Shown one piece after another: positions 14,820-27,589 of a DNA stretch of 64,000 nt. A program made the position numbers and the translations under genes. Within the stretch, counting starts at the first letter, position 1. Every line of letters begins with the position of its first letter. The notes beneath the pieces were generated by a model. That model was not told the DNA's origin. It worked only from the letters and a program-made list of their open reading frames with translations, and searched no databases. This stretch comes from Eledone cirrhosa. Taxonomy: Eukaryota. Location of the stretch: contig OZ024744.1 in the NCBI GenBank assembly GCA_964016885.1, forward strand, positions 102,610,001 through 102,674,000, given 5' to 3'.

Positions 14820-14820
<1 letters not shown>
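14209..14820 (-). mobile_element. Unclassified interspersed repeat (family Q), longest copy
   Basis: Homologous to 5328-5885 and 62030-62445. Confidence 0.75.
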
Positions 14821-14849
<29 letters not shown>

Positions 14850-14861
<12 letters not shown>

Positions 14862-15398
14862 GACATTTACATACATGTACATATATATACATGCATACAC
14901 ATACATGTGCACCCATACATACACACTTATAAGTACAGCCATACACACATATATATACACACACACATGCATATATATATATATATATTTATACACACAG
15001 ACATATACATACATGTATATATATATACATGCATACACACACATGTGCACCCATACATACACACACACTTATAAGTACAGCCATACACACATATATGTAC
15101 ATACACACACATACATATACATATATATATATATATATTTATACACACAGACATATACATACATGTATATATATATACATGCATACACACACATGTGCAC
15201 CCATACATACACACACACTTATAAGTACAGCCATACACACATATATATACACACACACATGCATATATATATATATATATATATTTATACACACAGACAT
15301 ATACATGTACATATATATACATGCATACACACACATGTGCACCCATACATACACACTTATAAGTACAGCCATACACACATATATGTATATACACACAT

Positions 15399-15430
<32 letters not shown>

Positions 15431-15682
15431 TTATACACACAGACATATACATACATGTATATATATATATACATGCATACACATACATGTGCACCCATAC
15501 ATACACACACACTTATAAGTACAGCCATACACACATATATGTATATACACACACACATACATATATATATATACACACAGACATATACATACATGTATAT
15601 ATATATACATGCATACACACACATGTGCACCCATACATACACACACACTTATAAGTACAGCCATACACACATATATGTATAT

Positions 15683-15714
<32 letters not shown>

Positions 15715-16075
15715 TTATACACACAGACATATACATACATGTATATATATATATATACATGCATACACATACATGTGCACCCATACATACACACTTATAA
15801 GTACAGCCATACACACATATATTTATACACACAGACATATACATACATGTATATATATATACATGCATACACACACATGTGCACCCATACATACACACAC
15901 ACTTATAAGTACAGCCATACACACATATATGTATACACACACACACATACATACATATGTATATATATATTTATACACACAGACATATACATACATGTAC
16001 ATATATATACATGCATACACATACATGTGCACCCATACATACACACACTTATAAGTACAGCCATACACACATACA
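14850..16075. repeat. Microsatellite-derived minisatellite, 9 units of ~110-155 bp
   Basis: Anchor cttataagtacagcc recurs nine times; related units at ~13620-13710 and ~14070-14200. Confidence 0.9.
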
Positions 16076-16177
16076 TCACCTTCAGCCAATCCTCTGCGAA
16101 ACGCATGTAACAGGTTGATACGCAATAAATATTTTTCATATGTAAACAGAACTTCCTCATTTTTTCTATTATATCAG

Positions 16178-17620
16178 CATCATCATCATCATCATCATCA
16201 TCATCATTGTTTAATGTCCATCTTCAACACTAGCATGGGTTAGAAGGGAGTTGTCCCACTTGAGGGAAGGTTGGTCGGGTGACCGTGTCTCACTCATATA
16301 GGACTATCTGGCAGGTTTTCTACGGCTGGATGCCCTTCCTAACACCAACCACATTTACAGTGTGGAACTGGGAACTTTTTACCGTGTTTACCTACACGGC
16401 CACATTACAGCGTGGACTGGGTGTTATTTTTGTCGTGACACCTACACGTCTGGCAGGTTTTCTACGGCTGGATGCCCTTCCTAACACCAACCACATTTAC
16501 AGTGTGGAACTGGGAACTTTTTACCGTGTTTACCTACACGGCCGCATTACAGCGTGGACTGGGTGTTATTTTTGTCGTGACACCTACACGTCTGGCAGGT
16601 TTTCTACGGCTGGATGCCCTTCCTAACACCAACCACATTTACAGTGTGGAACTGGGAACTTTTTACCGTGTTTACCTACACGGCCACATTACAGCGTGGA
16701 CTGGGTGTTATTTTTGTCGTGACACCTACACGTCTGGCGGGTTTTCTACGGCTGGATGCCCTTCCTAACACCAACCACATTTACAGTGTGGAACTGGGAA
16801 CTTTTTACCGTGTTTACCTACACGGCCACATTACAGCGTGGACTGGGTGTTATTTTTGTCGTGACACCTACACGTCTGGCGGGTTTTCTACGGCTGGATG
16901 CCCTTCCTAACACCAACCACATTTACAGTGTGGAACTGGGAACTTTTTACCGTGTTTACCTACACGGCCACATTACAGCGTGGACTGGGTGTTATTTTTG
17001 TCGTGACACCTACACGTCTGGCGGGTTTTCTACGGCTGGATGCCCTTCCTAACACCAACCACATTTACAGTGTGGAACTGGGAACTTTTTACCGTGTTTA
17101 CCTACACGGCCACATTACAGCGTGGACTGGGTGTTATTTTTGTCGTGACACCTACACGTCTGGCAGGTTTTCTACGGCTGGATGCCCTTCCTAACACCAA
17201 CCACATTTACAGTGTGGAACTGGGAACTTTTTACCGTGTTTACCTACACGGCCACATTACAGCGTGGACTGGGTGTTATTTTTGTCGTGACACCTACACG
17301 TCTGGCAGGTTTTCTACGGCTGGATGCCCTTCCTAACACCAACCACATTTACAGTGTGGAACTGGGAACTTTTTACCGTGTTTACCTACACGGCCACATT
17401 ACAGCGTGGACTGGGTGTTATTTTTGTCGTGACACCTACACGTCTGGCGGGTTTTCTACGGCTGGATGCCCTTCCTAACACCAACCACATTTACAGTGTG
17501 GAACTGGGAACTTTTTACCGTGTTTACCTACACGGCCACATTACAGCGTGGACTGGGTGTTATTTTTGTCGTGACACCTACACGATCTCAGTTCGGACTG
17601 GATGTTGTGGTACCAACATA
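16178..17620 (-). mobile_element. Retroposon 3' region with (ATG)n tail, containing an internal tandem array
   Basis: Monomeric relatives at 55858-56085, 59830-60070 and 60556-60901. Confidence 0.7.
16307..17584. repeat. 142-bp tandem repeat, 9.0 near-identical copies
   Basis: Unit starts tctggc(a/g)ggttttctacgg every 142 bp; 1278 bp = 9 x 142. Confidence 0.97.
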
Positions 17621-17865
17621 ACTTTCTAGAGAAAGGGTGGTGTTGGTGGGAGTGCGAGGATGGAGTAGGGGTAGTGGATATATATATATGAACACACATA
17701 TATCATATATATGGACACATATATATTATATATATAAAATGAAGGAAGTGTGATAAGGAATCGGGTGGACCATAACGCACCAGGCCACTCGATACTTAGG
17801 GTAGTAGAGTGGGTAACTGGGCTCCTGACTCTTTTCCTATATATATATATATATATACATATATG

Positions 17866-17925
<60 letters not shown>

Positions 17926-17927
<2 letters not shown>

Positions 17928-20790
17928 ATCATCCTCTTCATCATTTTACGTCTGCTTTTCCCTGCTTGCAAGGGTGGGGACGGGTCCTATTCAGCACAGC
18001 ATCTCTCCATTCGTTACATTCCTTCATCTCCTCTGTGAACTTCAGCGATCTGAGGTCTGCTCTCACCACCTCTGCCCATGTTTTCCGTGGTCTTCCTCTA
18101 CTACATCTTCCTTCTACTGGCATTTCTTGGCACTTCTTTACCCAGCAGTCATCCTCCATGCGCATCACATGTCCTTACCATCACAGTCTTCTCTCCTGCA
18201 CACCACAACTTATCCCTCTTATACCCAGTTTCTCTCTCAACTCGTCTATGCTTCGTCATTCACACACATTGACATTGCACATCCAACGGAGCATACTTGC
18301 TTCCTTTCTCTCCAGCCGTCGCATATCCTCCGCAGTTGCTGCCCATGTCTCACTACCATGCAGCGTCGCACATCTCACACAGGCATCATATAACCGGCCT
18401 TTCATTCGTAGGGAGAAGCCCTTCTTTGTCAACAGAGAAAGCAGCCCCCTAAACTTCTTCCAACCCATCCTTATTCTAGATACTATGTTCTCGGAACACC
18501 CTCCTCCCTTGCTCATCTGATCACCTAAGTATCGGAAGATAGCAACCACCTCTATAGATCCTACCTGCATTTGAAAAATGTGTCTATCATTGTGACTGTC
18601 AAATTTCCATGTACATTTACTGCATATGTAGTTTTCCCTACCTGTTAGTTTGTCTACTATCCCACTACATCTCTTATGTACCCAAGATCTGCATCGTGTA
18701 CATTTTATAGAATTTATACCAACTCCTTTTCTACATACTGAACATGGCTATTTCCCTGACGGAATCAGAGTTTTGTCCTCTTTTCTACTCATCAACACTT
18801 TTGTCTTAGCTAGGTTCACTCTCAGTCCTCTTGCTTCCAACTGCTGTTTCCATATCCAGAATTTATTCTCTAGCTCCTCTACTGATTCTGCTATAAGAAC
18901 CAGATTATCAGCACAGAGAGGTTCCCATGGGCAGCCAGTCTTAAACTCTTCTGTTATGGCTTGGAGGAGTATAATGAACAAGAGCGGGCTGAGGACCAAA
19001 CCTTGATGTACTCCTAATTGTATCTGGAATTCCTCACTAAACTCCATTCCTACCCTGACTTTACTGATAGCTCCTCTGTACATAGCTTGCACTGTCCTCA
19101 CAAGCCATTCCTCAACAACTAGTTTCCTTAGGGACCACCAGATGACAGATCAGGGTACCCTATCAAAGGCCTTCACCTAGGTCAACAAAAGCTAAATATA
19201 GTGGCTTATTCTTCTCTAAGAACCTCTCTTGTAGTTGCCTCACTATGAAGAGGGCATCTGTTGTACTTTTCCCAGGTACAAGACCAAACTGCATTTCATC
19301 TAATTTGACCCTTTCTCTAATCAGATCCATCAGTTTTATGCCCCTATAATTGCTCCTCTCTAGATCCTCCCCTTAACTTTTGTAGCAATTTATAAGAATA
19401 CTGCTGCACCACTCTTTGGGTATGACTCCGCCATATATATCTTGATTGATGATGCGTGCAACTAGTTTAGTTCCTACTTCTCCTGCTATCTTCAGCATCT
19501 CAGCAACTATACCTGATGGTCCAGCGGCCTTACCCCTTTTCATTTCCTAATTGCCTCTTTGACCCTATATTCGTCAATCTCAATAACTGGTCCCTCTGTT
19601 GGGTCTACTGGGGGTAGTTTCTCTCTGTCCCATTCATTCTCAACATTAATCAGTCTCTCATAACGACATTTCCAGGCCTCCTTTTTCTAAACATCAGTGA
19701 CACTAAGTACACCAGCATAATTTCGGACACACTTATCTCCAACAACATCTTGATTTACCCTGACACATTGCCTTGCAATGCGGAACATCGCACGTCTCTG
19801 ATCTTCTCATCACAGAACATTGGCAAACCTCCTACTCTCAGCTTCCCTGCATGCTAAGTACACCTGGCACCTAGCTTTTCTTTTAGCGGCTGAGTATCAG
19901 TCTCTACTCCCACCATTTTCCAATCCTTCCATGCTAGTTTTTTGTCTTTTTGGCTCTATCTACTGTGCTGTTCCACCACCAGGTCACCTTCTGTCTGGTC
20001 GGAGCTCTGCTCCAGCCACAAGTTTCTTCAGTAGCCTGCAGTAAGTTGTCACGTAAGAAATTCCAGTTATCCATGTCATATGATTCTATCTTGTCTTCTT
20101 TTTCGTCATACACACCTTGAAGGGCTTTCCTAAATTTATATTTTAGTGAAAGGTCTTTTAGCTTCCAGACCTTCCTTTTCTACCCCTTGCTGTATATCTA
20201 ATTTTGTCTCTTGCTTATTGAGATGTCATTAATGATTAACCTATACTGGAGGGTACATTCTTCCCCGAGGTATGCCTTAGTATTTGACACCATCTGTCTG
20301 TCTCATTGCCTAACTAGCAAGAAGTCAAGCTGGCTTATGTGCTCGCCTGATTTGTAGGTTATTAGGTGGTTGGTAGGCTTCTTGAAGTTAATGTTGCAAA
20401 TGGTTAGTTCAGTTACATCATAAAATTCAAGAAGCCTCACTCCTTCATTTCTTGAACCATAACCATGCCCACCATGTACTCCAGTGTATCAATCCTGGAG
20501 CTGTCCTACATGACCATTGAAGTCCCCTGCTAGTATAACGATGTCTCTGTCCTCTGTCATTGCAGCTGTCTGTAAAAGTTGCCCATAAAAGCAGTCTTTC
20601 TCTTCTTTACCTAGGCCCACCTGGGGAGCATAGGTAGAAATAATTGTCAGCAGTCTCTTGCCTACAACTAATCTAATCTTAATGATTCTATTACAGACTC
20701 TAACTACCTCTATTGTCTTATTGATCCACCTCTCGGGCAGTAAAATACCTACCCCACCTAACCCATCATAGTTCTCGCACATGGCCACAC
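17926..20790 (-). mobile_element. RTE-clade LINE, decayed, APE + RT with Cys-rich insert
   Basis: APE motifs (YAPQVG, AGDFNGHVG), RT motifs (GVHQG..LSPLLF, CPWE.L.AD.L), 3' GRPRKTW and (ATG)n tail; frameshifts and stops. Confidence 0.9.
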
Positions 20791-21249
20791 TAGCCACGCC
20801 ACTACCCTGCGCAGCCCTAACATGGTTAATGTTATTGCTGTTAACGCAGTTATTGCTATATAAATTTGTTGTTGCGCTCATAATAGTTTTGTCATTAATA
20901 ATCAAATTTTTGCGGAAAAAATGTATATAGTTTTACTAATTATAGTGTATATATACTGAACATATTACTGGCAGTGTACAATAGTACAGAATGTTAAGAC
21001 AGAATGTTATAATGGAATTTTTAAATAATTGTGAATGTATAGTATACTGTATAGTATACTGTATAGTATACTGTCTTACCTTCTCCAATAAAAAGTATAC
21101 ACATCCAGGGACTTTCAATAATGACCTTTTGTCTTTCACACTCAATATATATATATGGGAATGTGTGTATGTGTGTACATGTACATGTGTATATATATAG
21201 ATTTATATATATGTATACATACATGTTGTCAACTTGTTCAAATTTATTT

Positions 21250-21362
21250 GACTATCCCGCTGAGGTTAACGTTGCCTTTCATCCTTACGGGGTCGATAAA
21301 ATAAAGTACCAGTAATACACTGGGTAATTGCTGGCCTTGTGCCTAACGTAGAAACAATTATT
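21250..21362 (+). mobile_element. SINE family A, 5'-truncated
   Basis: Core and tail match 1150-1256. Confidence 0.8.
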
Positions 21363-21593
21363 TGACTCATTCTCCCTCGGGACTTTAGACTGAAGAACTG
21401 ACCACTAATTGATTTTACATATGTCTTTAACTCATTTGATATCAAACATTTTTTGGCCAGCAGCTCATGGCAGCTTGTGTGTATGTGTAGTAGAAATATC
21501 CTAGGTCCCCAGTAGACAATTGATGAGGACCCCCCCCCCCCTCCCTGTTCTTGCTTTCTTTGTATTCCCACTGCATTTTAAGTTACTTATATA

Positions 21594-21797
21594 TAGAAGT
21601 GGTTACACAACAGTTAGTTCACCATACCGAGAACAATTGTTTCACCTTAGCGGATCCTCAGCTCGCAATCTCGGATCTGCTAAGATGAAACAATTGTTCT
21701 CGGTATGGTGAACTAACTGTTGTGTAACCACTTCTACCTAACTCGTCCCATGGACTGAGTGCTCTACCACTACGGATATTACCTTCCAGTGTTCTAC

Positions 21798-21800
<3 letters not shown>
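21594..21800. repeat. Fold-back insertion with 3' half of hammerhead and tail
   Basis: Arms 21594-21657/21673-21736; GAAAC-AATT-GTT; actc..gagt tail 21741-21760. Confidence 0.72.
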
Positions 21801-21843
<43 letters not shown>

Positions 21844-22125
21844 GAATAATCGAGAATCGGAATTTCAGCCCACGAAATCACGATAAACAATATCCGATAT
21901 ATGTGGCAGAGGGCTCAATAATTTGGAAAAATCAGAGCTATATATTCAAATGAATATTTCCAGCTCTGTGCACCTAACCTCTGCATGAACCCAGCCACCT
22001 AGCTGCCTTCCACTGCATATTGCACATTGAGCACATGCCTTTACGCTTTGGCTTCTAACTAATTTACCAATCTCTCTTCTCCTCTCCTATCTCCATCTCT
22101 CTCTTTAAGATTGGTTACTCTTGAA

Positions 22126-22253
<128 letters not shown>

Positions 22254-22384
22254 GTTTATAATGGTAGCTAAGGTGCTTCCATAGGCAGTATGCCAAAATT
22301 AGCACTCGATATTCATCAGAGTAGAGTGTAGATAGTATAAAGGAAACAAAAAAAATCAGTGATACATCTGGACTTAATTTATTG

Positions 22385-22475
22385 CGTGTTACAATTGTTT
22401 CTTCGGCAGGTAGCTCGAGACGTGGTCCTTGTATGGATCCGGCTGATTCTACTTCTGCAGGTTCATTCAGACACG
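22385..22475 (-). ncRNA. Hammerhead ribozyme variant (core CTGAATGA)
   Basis: CGTGT-CTGAATGA-..GCAG/GTAG..CTAC/CTGC..-GAAAC-AATT-GTA-ACACG; 3' half repeated at 30142-30215. Confidence 0.7.
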
Positions 22476-23159
22476 AGTATTTCGTTTGGAGCAAATTTTA
22501 TTACTGGGGTGTTATCATCAAAAAACACCCTCAAGAAACCCTACTTCCACTCCTGTCATGCCATTGGCTGTTTTTACTCCACGTCATCACAAGTTCTGGT
22601 CAGTATCTACTGCCACACGGGTCATCAGCCATTTTCCGTCCGACACATTTCAATGGAGTCATGCTGGGTTCAGCATCCCACATGTCTGTTCACACTTCAG
22701 AGTAAGCACCCACACATACTAGTATATACACACATGCAGACACCGACATCTCTATGCACACACACACACGTACGTCTACATGCGCAGACACAACACCCCC
22801 CCACATACATACATATATGTGTATATATATACACACACACTCTCTCCCTCACCTCCACGGACGCAGTCACACCCACAGATACATATCGCCACAAGCCTTA
22901 TGGCGGCTGCTTAATTCGCCCCCTGTATCCGGTTGGAATAAGCATGGCCTATTCAAACATACACACATATATATATATATACACATACATATACATACAT
23001 ACGCGCGCACACATACATACGCCCAAACTTGTATATATTTATATATCTATATATACACACTCATACACACACATATATGCATACACACATACATGCACAT
23101 ACATACGTATATACACACACACATGTATGTACATATATACATATATATAAATATATACA

Positions 23160-23507
23160 TGGAGGCACATGGCTTAGTGGTTAGAGCATTGGCCTTGCAA
23201 TCGAAAGGTTGTGAGTTCAATTCTTAGACCGGGTGATGTGTTGTTTCCTTGAACAAGACACTTTATTTCACATTGCTCCAGTTTACTCAGCTGTAGAAAT
23301 GAGATGATGGGGACTGGGGTCTCTATCATTCCACTGCAAAGTGGTCGTGTAGGTGCCACGGCAAAAAAATGCACCCCACACTCACTGTAAATGAGGTTGG
23401 TGTTAGGAAGGGCATCCAGCTGTAGAAATCAAGCCAAAATCAGTTCCCGTCCCACCCTTGCAAGCAGGGAAAAGCGGACGTAAAATGAAATGATGATGAA
23501 ATGATGA
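23160..23507 (+). mobile_element. tRNA-derived SINE, family B (CORE-like, RTE-type tail), full length
   Basis: A box tggcttagtggt, B box gagttcaattct, (ATG)n tail; about 7 copies in window. Confidence 0.88.
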
Positions 23508-23614
23508 TATACATACATACATACATACACACATATATATATATATATACTCACACATGCCCACTCATACATACAAAATACGCATATGTACTCAAACATT
23601 ACATACACATACAT

Positions 23615-23657
<43 letters not shown>

Positions 23658-24303
23658 AAAAAACAACAACCTAACATGCATACGCACAGTCACATATATA
23701 TACATATATATACCCACGCATTTGCCGGGACATATACATCTTTATATGCATATGCACATATGCTGCCACACGCATACACCTGCACATATGTATATTTGCC
23801 TGCACACATATGTGCTTCCACATATACAAATATAAACAAAACCGTGAATAAAAGTTCATTATACAATAAAAAGCAATATACCATAAACTAAGGGTACATT
23901 ACTGTAACATAAAATATAATACATAAAATATAATATACAATATGATATATATATATATATATATTTGCCTGCACACATATGTGCTTCCACATTTACAAAT
24001 ATAGACAAAACCTTAAATTAACAGTTAGAGATACATTATACAATAAAAAACAATATACCATAAACTAACGGTAAATTACTGTAACATAAAATATAACATA
24101 TAAAATATACTATACAATATGATATGATATATATATATATATATATATATATACAGTTTTTTCCGTTGTGTTGTAATATAAATATTACACACAGTAGATT
24201 ATCAGCTCACGTAGAGTTTGCTCGACGGTTCTAGTTGTAGTTCCAAAAGTAATCCGGAGAAAAATAGAAAGATTTGAATGGATACAGTTTAGTTGAAAGG
24301 AAT

Positions 24304-24420
24304 TTATTGACACGTGTTTCTATAACAGTTACATAACCTAAAACAGCTATCTACAAACTTTTAGTTATGCAGACATTCAATATTTCAATGTTATTGTTTA
24401 CTGTCATTTCATCAGAATAA
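24304..24420 (-). ncRNA. Type I hammerhead ribozyme (mirror copy)
   Basis: Reverse complement of 27118-27234. Confidence 0.85.
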
Positions 24421-25010
24421 TATTACTGAGGACCTATTTAGTTTTTATAGAGAATATTAGGAGGAAGGGGTGAAGTTGTTAGAAGAATAGTTGAAGGAGT
24501 GGTTTTTCGATAGCAGTGAGAATTCTTGGTGGCAGTGAGTAATTAGATTCCCATCTGTTGTTTTGACATTTTTTATAGAATATATTATTGGTTATTTTTC
24601 TAAATCTATAGAAGGATTAGAGATAGTAAAGATATGCGTGGTTGGTTTTGTGTTTGCACTTAACATTCAGACTTAAATTTTTCTTTCAAGTGTACGTATT
24701 CTTTCACCCACGCATTCACACACAAATATATTTGCACACCTCTACAAAATACATATACTCACAATTCACATATTCATACTTACATATATATACACATGCA
24801 TACACATATATATACACACATGTATTCATGTACATACATACGCGCTCATGTGTATACATTTTCATACTCAACTTATCTTTATATATACACACGTATAGAC
24901 ACACACATATATACATACATACTCTAGTCCATGTGTACACACATACACATACATACACATCCATATACACATACATACATACACATATATATATACATAT
25001 ATACATATAC

Positions 25011-25055
<45 letters not shown>

Positions 25056-25056
25056 C

Positions 25057-25105
<49 letters not shown>

Positions 25106-25374
25106 AGCACTTTAATACATGAATACACTTACATCTAACTATACACATCAAACATATATATATATTTACTTATTTATATACATTTTCACATATATATACA
25201 TACTTATGGACGTTTTTAGACACATTCATTATCGCATATTTGTACCTATTCTCATCAGCATATCTTTTCATTATTAGTATGGTAATTTAAGGTTATTAAT
25301 ATATGTTGAAAAGAGATTGTTTTTATATTTTTCTAACTAGATTAAGGTTTATATAGTTGGGGGATGTCCCTCTT

Positions 25375-25759
25375 TTATGTAATATTCGGCTTGTAGTGGG
25401 AAAAAAGGGTTTTAGTTCTGTGACGGCAGAATAATGTTCGTTCAATTCTGTTATTCAGCAGTTTCTTCTTGTGTGTGATTATGTAATAAATCTCAAGATT
25501 ACACAATTTGCAGAAATTTTGGCTCCTGGAAAAGCTTTGGGTTTTAGCTAATTTTTCCCATTTTAGGGTAAACTTTTGATTGCTATCCCTGAGCGTCCAA
25601 GCTTTCTCTGCTAAAGTTGTTACATTTCTTTGGCTCTGGTGTTTTATTGAGTAAGAATGCCTATACAATCGAGATTTAAACGATGTTGCCGTTGATCCCA
25701 CGTAATACCACTCGTTGCCTCCGGATTTAATGGTACACTTATAAATAATATTTTTTTCC
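25375..25759 (-). pseudogene. GIY-YIG endonuclease domain (inverted copy)
   Basis: Identical mirror of 25779-26163. Confidence 0.85.
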
Positions 25760-26163
25760 CCCTCGGCAATAACTGCCTGGAAAAAAATATTATTTATAAG
25801 TGTACCATTAAATCCGGAGGCAACGAGTGGTATTACGTGGGATCAACGGCAACATCGTTTAAATCTCGATTGTATAGGCATTCTTACTCAATAAAACACC
25901 AGAGCCAAAGAAATGTAACAACTTTAGCAGAGAAAGCTTGGACGCTCAGGGATAGCAATCAAAAGTTTACCCTAAAATGGGAAAAATTAGCTAAAACCCA
26001 AAGCTTTTCCAGGAGCCAAAATTTCTGCAAATTGTGTAATCTTGAGATTTATTACATAATCACACACAAGAAGAAACTGCTGAATAACAGAATTGAACGA
26101 ACATTATTCTGCCGTCACAGAACTAAAACCCTTTTTTCCCACTACAAGCCGAATATTACATAA
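25759..26163 (+). pseudogene. C-terminal GIY-YIG endonuclease domain of Penelope-like element (5'-truncated ORF)
   Basis: Frame reads PLGNNCLEKNIIYKC..WYYVGST..FKSR...H..KW..CKLCNLE..LLN.R.E..CRH to stop; open through the palindrome spacer. Confidence 0.88.
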
Positions 26164-26432
26164 AAGAGGGACATCCCCCAACTATATAAACCTTAATCTA
26201 GTTAGAAAAATATAAAAACAATCTCTTTTCAACATATATTAATAACCTTAAATTACCATACTAATAATGAAAAGATATGCTGATGAGAATAGGTACAAAT
26301 ATGCGATAATGAATGTGTCTAAAAACGTCCATAAGTATGTATATATATGTGAAAATGTATATAAATAAGTAAATATATATATATGTTTGATGTGTATAGT
26401 TAGATGTAAGTGTATTCATGTATTAAAGTGCT

Positions 26433-26481
<49 letters not shown>

Positions 26482-26482
26482 G

Positions 26483-26527
<45 letters not shown>

Positions 26528-27117
26528 GTATATGTATATATGTATATATATATGTGTATGTATGTATGTGTATATGGATGTGTATGTATGTGTATGTGTG
26601 TACACATGGACTAGAGTATGTATGTATATATGTGTGTGTCTATACGTGTGTATATATAAAGATAAGTTGAGTATGAAAATGTATACACATGAGCGCGTAT
26701 GTATGTACATGAATACATGTGTGTATATATATGTGTATGCATGTGTATATATATGTAAGTATGAATATGTGAATTGTGAGTATATGTATTTTGTAGAGGT
26801 GTGCAAATATATTTGTGTGTGAATGCGTGGGTGAAAGAATACGTACACTTGAAAGAAAAATTTAAGTCTGAATGTTAAGTGCAAACACAAAACCAACCAC
26901 GCATATCTTTACTATCTCTAATCCTTCTATAGATTTAGAAAAATAACCAATAATATATTCTATAAAAAATGTCAAAACAACAGATGGGAATCTAATTACT
27001 CACTGCCACCAAGAATTCTCACTGCTATCGAAAAACCACTCCTTCAACTATTCTTCTAACAACTTCACCCCTTCCTCCTAATATTCTCTATAAAAACTAA
27101 ATAGGTCCTCAGTAATA

Positions 27118-27234
27118 TTATTCTGATGAAATGACAGTAAACAATAACATTGAAATATTGAATGTCTGCATAACTAAAAGTTTGTAGATAGCTGTTTTAG
27201 GTTATGTAACTGTTATAGAAACACGTGTCAATAA
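27118..27234 (+). ncRNA. Type I hammerhead ribozyme in PLE 3' UTR, 70-nt helix II loop
   Basis: TTATT-CTGATGA-A-ATGACAGT..70 nt..ACTGTTAT-A-GAAAC-ACGT-GTC-AATAA. Confidence 0.87.
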
Positions 27235-27268
27235 ATTCCTTTCAACTAAACTGTATCCATTCAAATCT

Positions 27269-27309
<41 letters not shown>

Positions 27310-27589
27310 CATATATATATATATATATATATACAGATACATATATATACCCACACACACATGTACACAGATTCATACATACATATACGGATATATACAA
27401 TGGATATGTGATAAAGTAATACAACAAGAATAATAGTAATAATAAAGAGCATATATATATACTCCATATATAATCATCCGCGCACATTCATGTGAGATGC
27501 ACATAAACACCTACATGTATGCACAAATACACATACACACATATAGAGGCCCACATATGCATATACCTGCACCCACACACACACACATA

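Larger units (their letters stand above)
24154..27274. mobile_element. 5'-truncated Penelope-like element with ~1.5-kb inverted duplication (3-kb palindrome)
   Basis: Arms 24264-25759/25779-27274 (mirrored ORFs in track), 19-bp spacer, one-sided tail 24154-24263, GIY-YIG ORF, hammerheads, (TA)n on both sides. Confidence 0.9.

Noticed and set aside
16307-17584. CRISPR-like regular array or repeated 98-aa ORFs
   Set aside because: Entire 142-bp units are identical with no unique spacers, no cas genes, eukaryotic context.
23160-23235. tRNA gene
   Set aside because: A and B boxes belong to a SINE head followed by core and tail; no full cloverleaf.
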